Source: Squalus acanthias
Lineage: Eukaryota
Length of the DNA stretch: 64,000 nucleotides
Direction: 5' to 3'
Assembly (NCBI GenBank): GCA_030390025.1
Contig: CM059432.1
Coordinates: 10,912,001 to 10,976,000 of the forward strand
Of this stretch, positions 62,122 through 64,000 are shown in pieces. The first letter of the stretch is position 1, and each line of letters begins with the position of its first letter. Made by a program: the position numbers and the translations under genes. Under the pieces are notes generated by a model. The model worked only from the letters and a program-made list of their open reading frames with translations, was not told the origin of the DNA and searched no databases.

Positions 62122-62412
62122 AGTGTTTATTAGTAGCATTTCCTTGGGCATTCAAGATGTCCTGGCAATTGTGTTTTTTATCGTCCTCTATGGAGAGCAA
62201 AAATCAAGAGTTCTTTTGGTTCAAACTGCTCCAGAATCACTCATTGATCTGTCCCACATTTGAGTTTCGCTACCAGCTCTGGTTAACTGTGCCTGGGTGA
62301 TTTAATCTCTTTAGGTTTAAGCAGATGAAGTCATACTGATCTCTCTCTGGGTATTGATCTTGACACCAGTGCTTCTGTTTAAGTGTGTTTGCCTCCAGAT
62401 ACTGACCTACTA

Positions 62413-62812
62413 CAGGAAACTTTTGTTTATCCGGCACCCAAATATCCGGAATTCTCGCTTAACCGGCAAAAATCATCCTCCGAAAACTCCTCTCAAATAA
62501 CCGGCAATGTTGCCGAGTCGCAGTCGAGTCTCCGCGAACGCCGAGTACTCCGAAAACTCCTCTCAAATAACCGGCAATGTTGCCGATCCCGAGTCCGAGT
62601 CCGCGAACGCCGATTTAGTCAGTAGGGGTACTTTTCAAAAGTGCCACTACTCGGCCTCCTGGCGCTGTCGGAAGTATACTGCACATTTCTTGATTTATTT
62701 ATTTTTCTTTGTTAAAAATAGCCTCGGTAGATATAACTCTCCGTTATTCGGTACTTTCGATAAACCGGCACCACGCCGGTCCCGTCGGTGCCGGTTAATA
62801 AAGAGTTTCCTG
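62413..62812. mobile_element. Same Tc1/pogo-type MITE family, opposite orientation
   Basis: TA-CAGGAAACT...AGTTTCCTG-TA; internal direct duplication. Confidence 0.85.
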
Positions 62813-63476
62813 TAGTTGCAGTTGTAGAGTTTGCTGGGCACCTGCAGAGGGCTCAGGTCAGAGGTTCTCAAACTTTTTTTGCTGAGCCATCCTTCAGAGA
62901 TTGATGTCCCACGCGCATACCTTCTCAGAAATGAACATCAGAAAAATATTTGAACAGTGACCGTTCTGTTTTCTCTCTTCTTTTCTCTCATCCTCTCTCC
63001 GCTTTCGCCCCTCTCCTCTCACTTACTCTCCTCTGTTGGCCCAGATATTCCGATCCCTACGGGTGGGTACTCGCTGTGTACCCACCTGTAGGGACATCAG
63101 AAATGCCGGTTTCAGGCATGCACTGAAAACCGGCATTTCCGATCTGTCAAGAATGGTCTTGACAGATCCTCTGGCTGCACTGGAGAAGGGCCTCTGCGGG
63201 TGGATAGTTCCGCTTTTTGGAGACCCTCCGCCTGCAGAAAACCCTTACAATTCTTACGCCTGGTAAAAGCAGGCATAAGGCCTGCTTTTACCAGGATAAG
63301 AGTTCAAAAAAGTTTTTTTTTTAATTTCACTGATTTATCATTTAAAAGTTTATTTTTAGCCGCGTAAAAAAACTTTAACTTTTTTTCAAAAAATAAATTT
63401 TTGTTTAAAATACTTAATTTATTGTAATTTCAAGTCATTTTGAAAATGTGATTTTTTAAAATTTATTTAAAGTTTT

Positions 63477-64000
63477 AGAAACATAGAAGATAGGAGTAGG
63501 CCATTCGGCCCATCGAACCTGCTCCACCATTTAATGAGATCATGGCTGATCATCCAAATTCAGTACCCTGTCCCTGCTTTCTTCCCATATCCCTTGATCC
63601 CTTTAGCCTTAAGAAATATATCGAACTCCTTCTTGAATATATTTAATGAATTGGCCTCAACTGCCTTGTGTGGTAGAGAATTCCACAAGTTCACCACTCT
63701 CTGGGTGAAGAAATTCCTCCTCATCTCTGTCCTAAATGGCTTACCCCTTATCCTTAGACTGTGACCCCTGGTTCTGGACTCCCCCGCCATCGGGAACATC
63801 CTTCCTGCATCTAGTCTGTCTAGTCCTGTTAGAATTTTATAAGTTTCAATGAGATCCCCTCTCATTCTTCTAAACTCCAGCGAATATAAGCCCAATCGAC
63901 CCAATCTCTCCTCATATGTCATTCCTGCCATCCCAGGTATCAGTCTGGTGAATCGTCGCTGCACTCCCTCCATGGCAAGAACATCCTTCCTCATATAAGG
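63477..64000 (-). mobile_element. CR1 3' portion (young, nearly identical to 11430-11945), running off the window end
   Basis: 144-aa ORF almost identical to the C-terminus of ORF 10749..11858. Confidence 0.94.

Overview
Repeat-rich vertebrate genomic DNA, most likely a shark or other cartilaginous fish (inferred from HE1/V-SINE-like, Deu-SINE-like, CR1 and L2 repeat content). Two + strand genes are present. SEH1L is complete: 8 coding exons from 19728 to 34422, then alternative terminal exons at about 37942-37969 and 38750-38957. It is followed by the promoter and first 9 coding exons of CEP192 (45410-60097, continuing beyond the window), in the same order as on human 18p11. Most of the rest is transposable elements: CR1, L2, RTE and Vingi-like LINEs, tRNA-derived SINEs, hAT- and Tc1/pogo-type MITEs, and two Penelope-like families. 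Four features stand out. (1) A ~29-copy 42-bp array directly upstream of SEH1L whose unit matches an extended CTCF site; it is interrupted twice by RTE LINEs at the same register. (2) Penelope-derived fold-back elements carrying minimal hammerhead ribozymes with compensatory base changes, three of them sense-oriented in CEP192 introns. (3) Tandem-amplified motif arrays at both gene promoters. (4) Several SEH1L C-terminal splice options and a TAATG-overlapping uORF at the CEP192 start. All family and orthology assignments are from recall and manual reading, not database searches; repeat boundaries are approximate.
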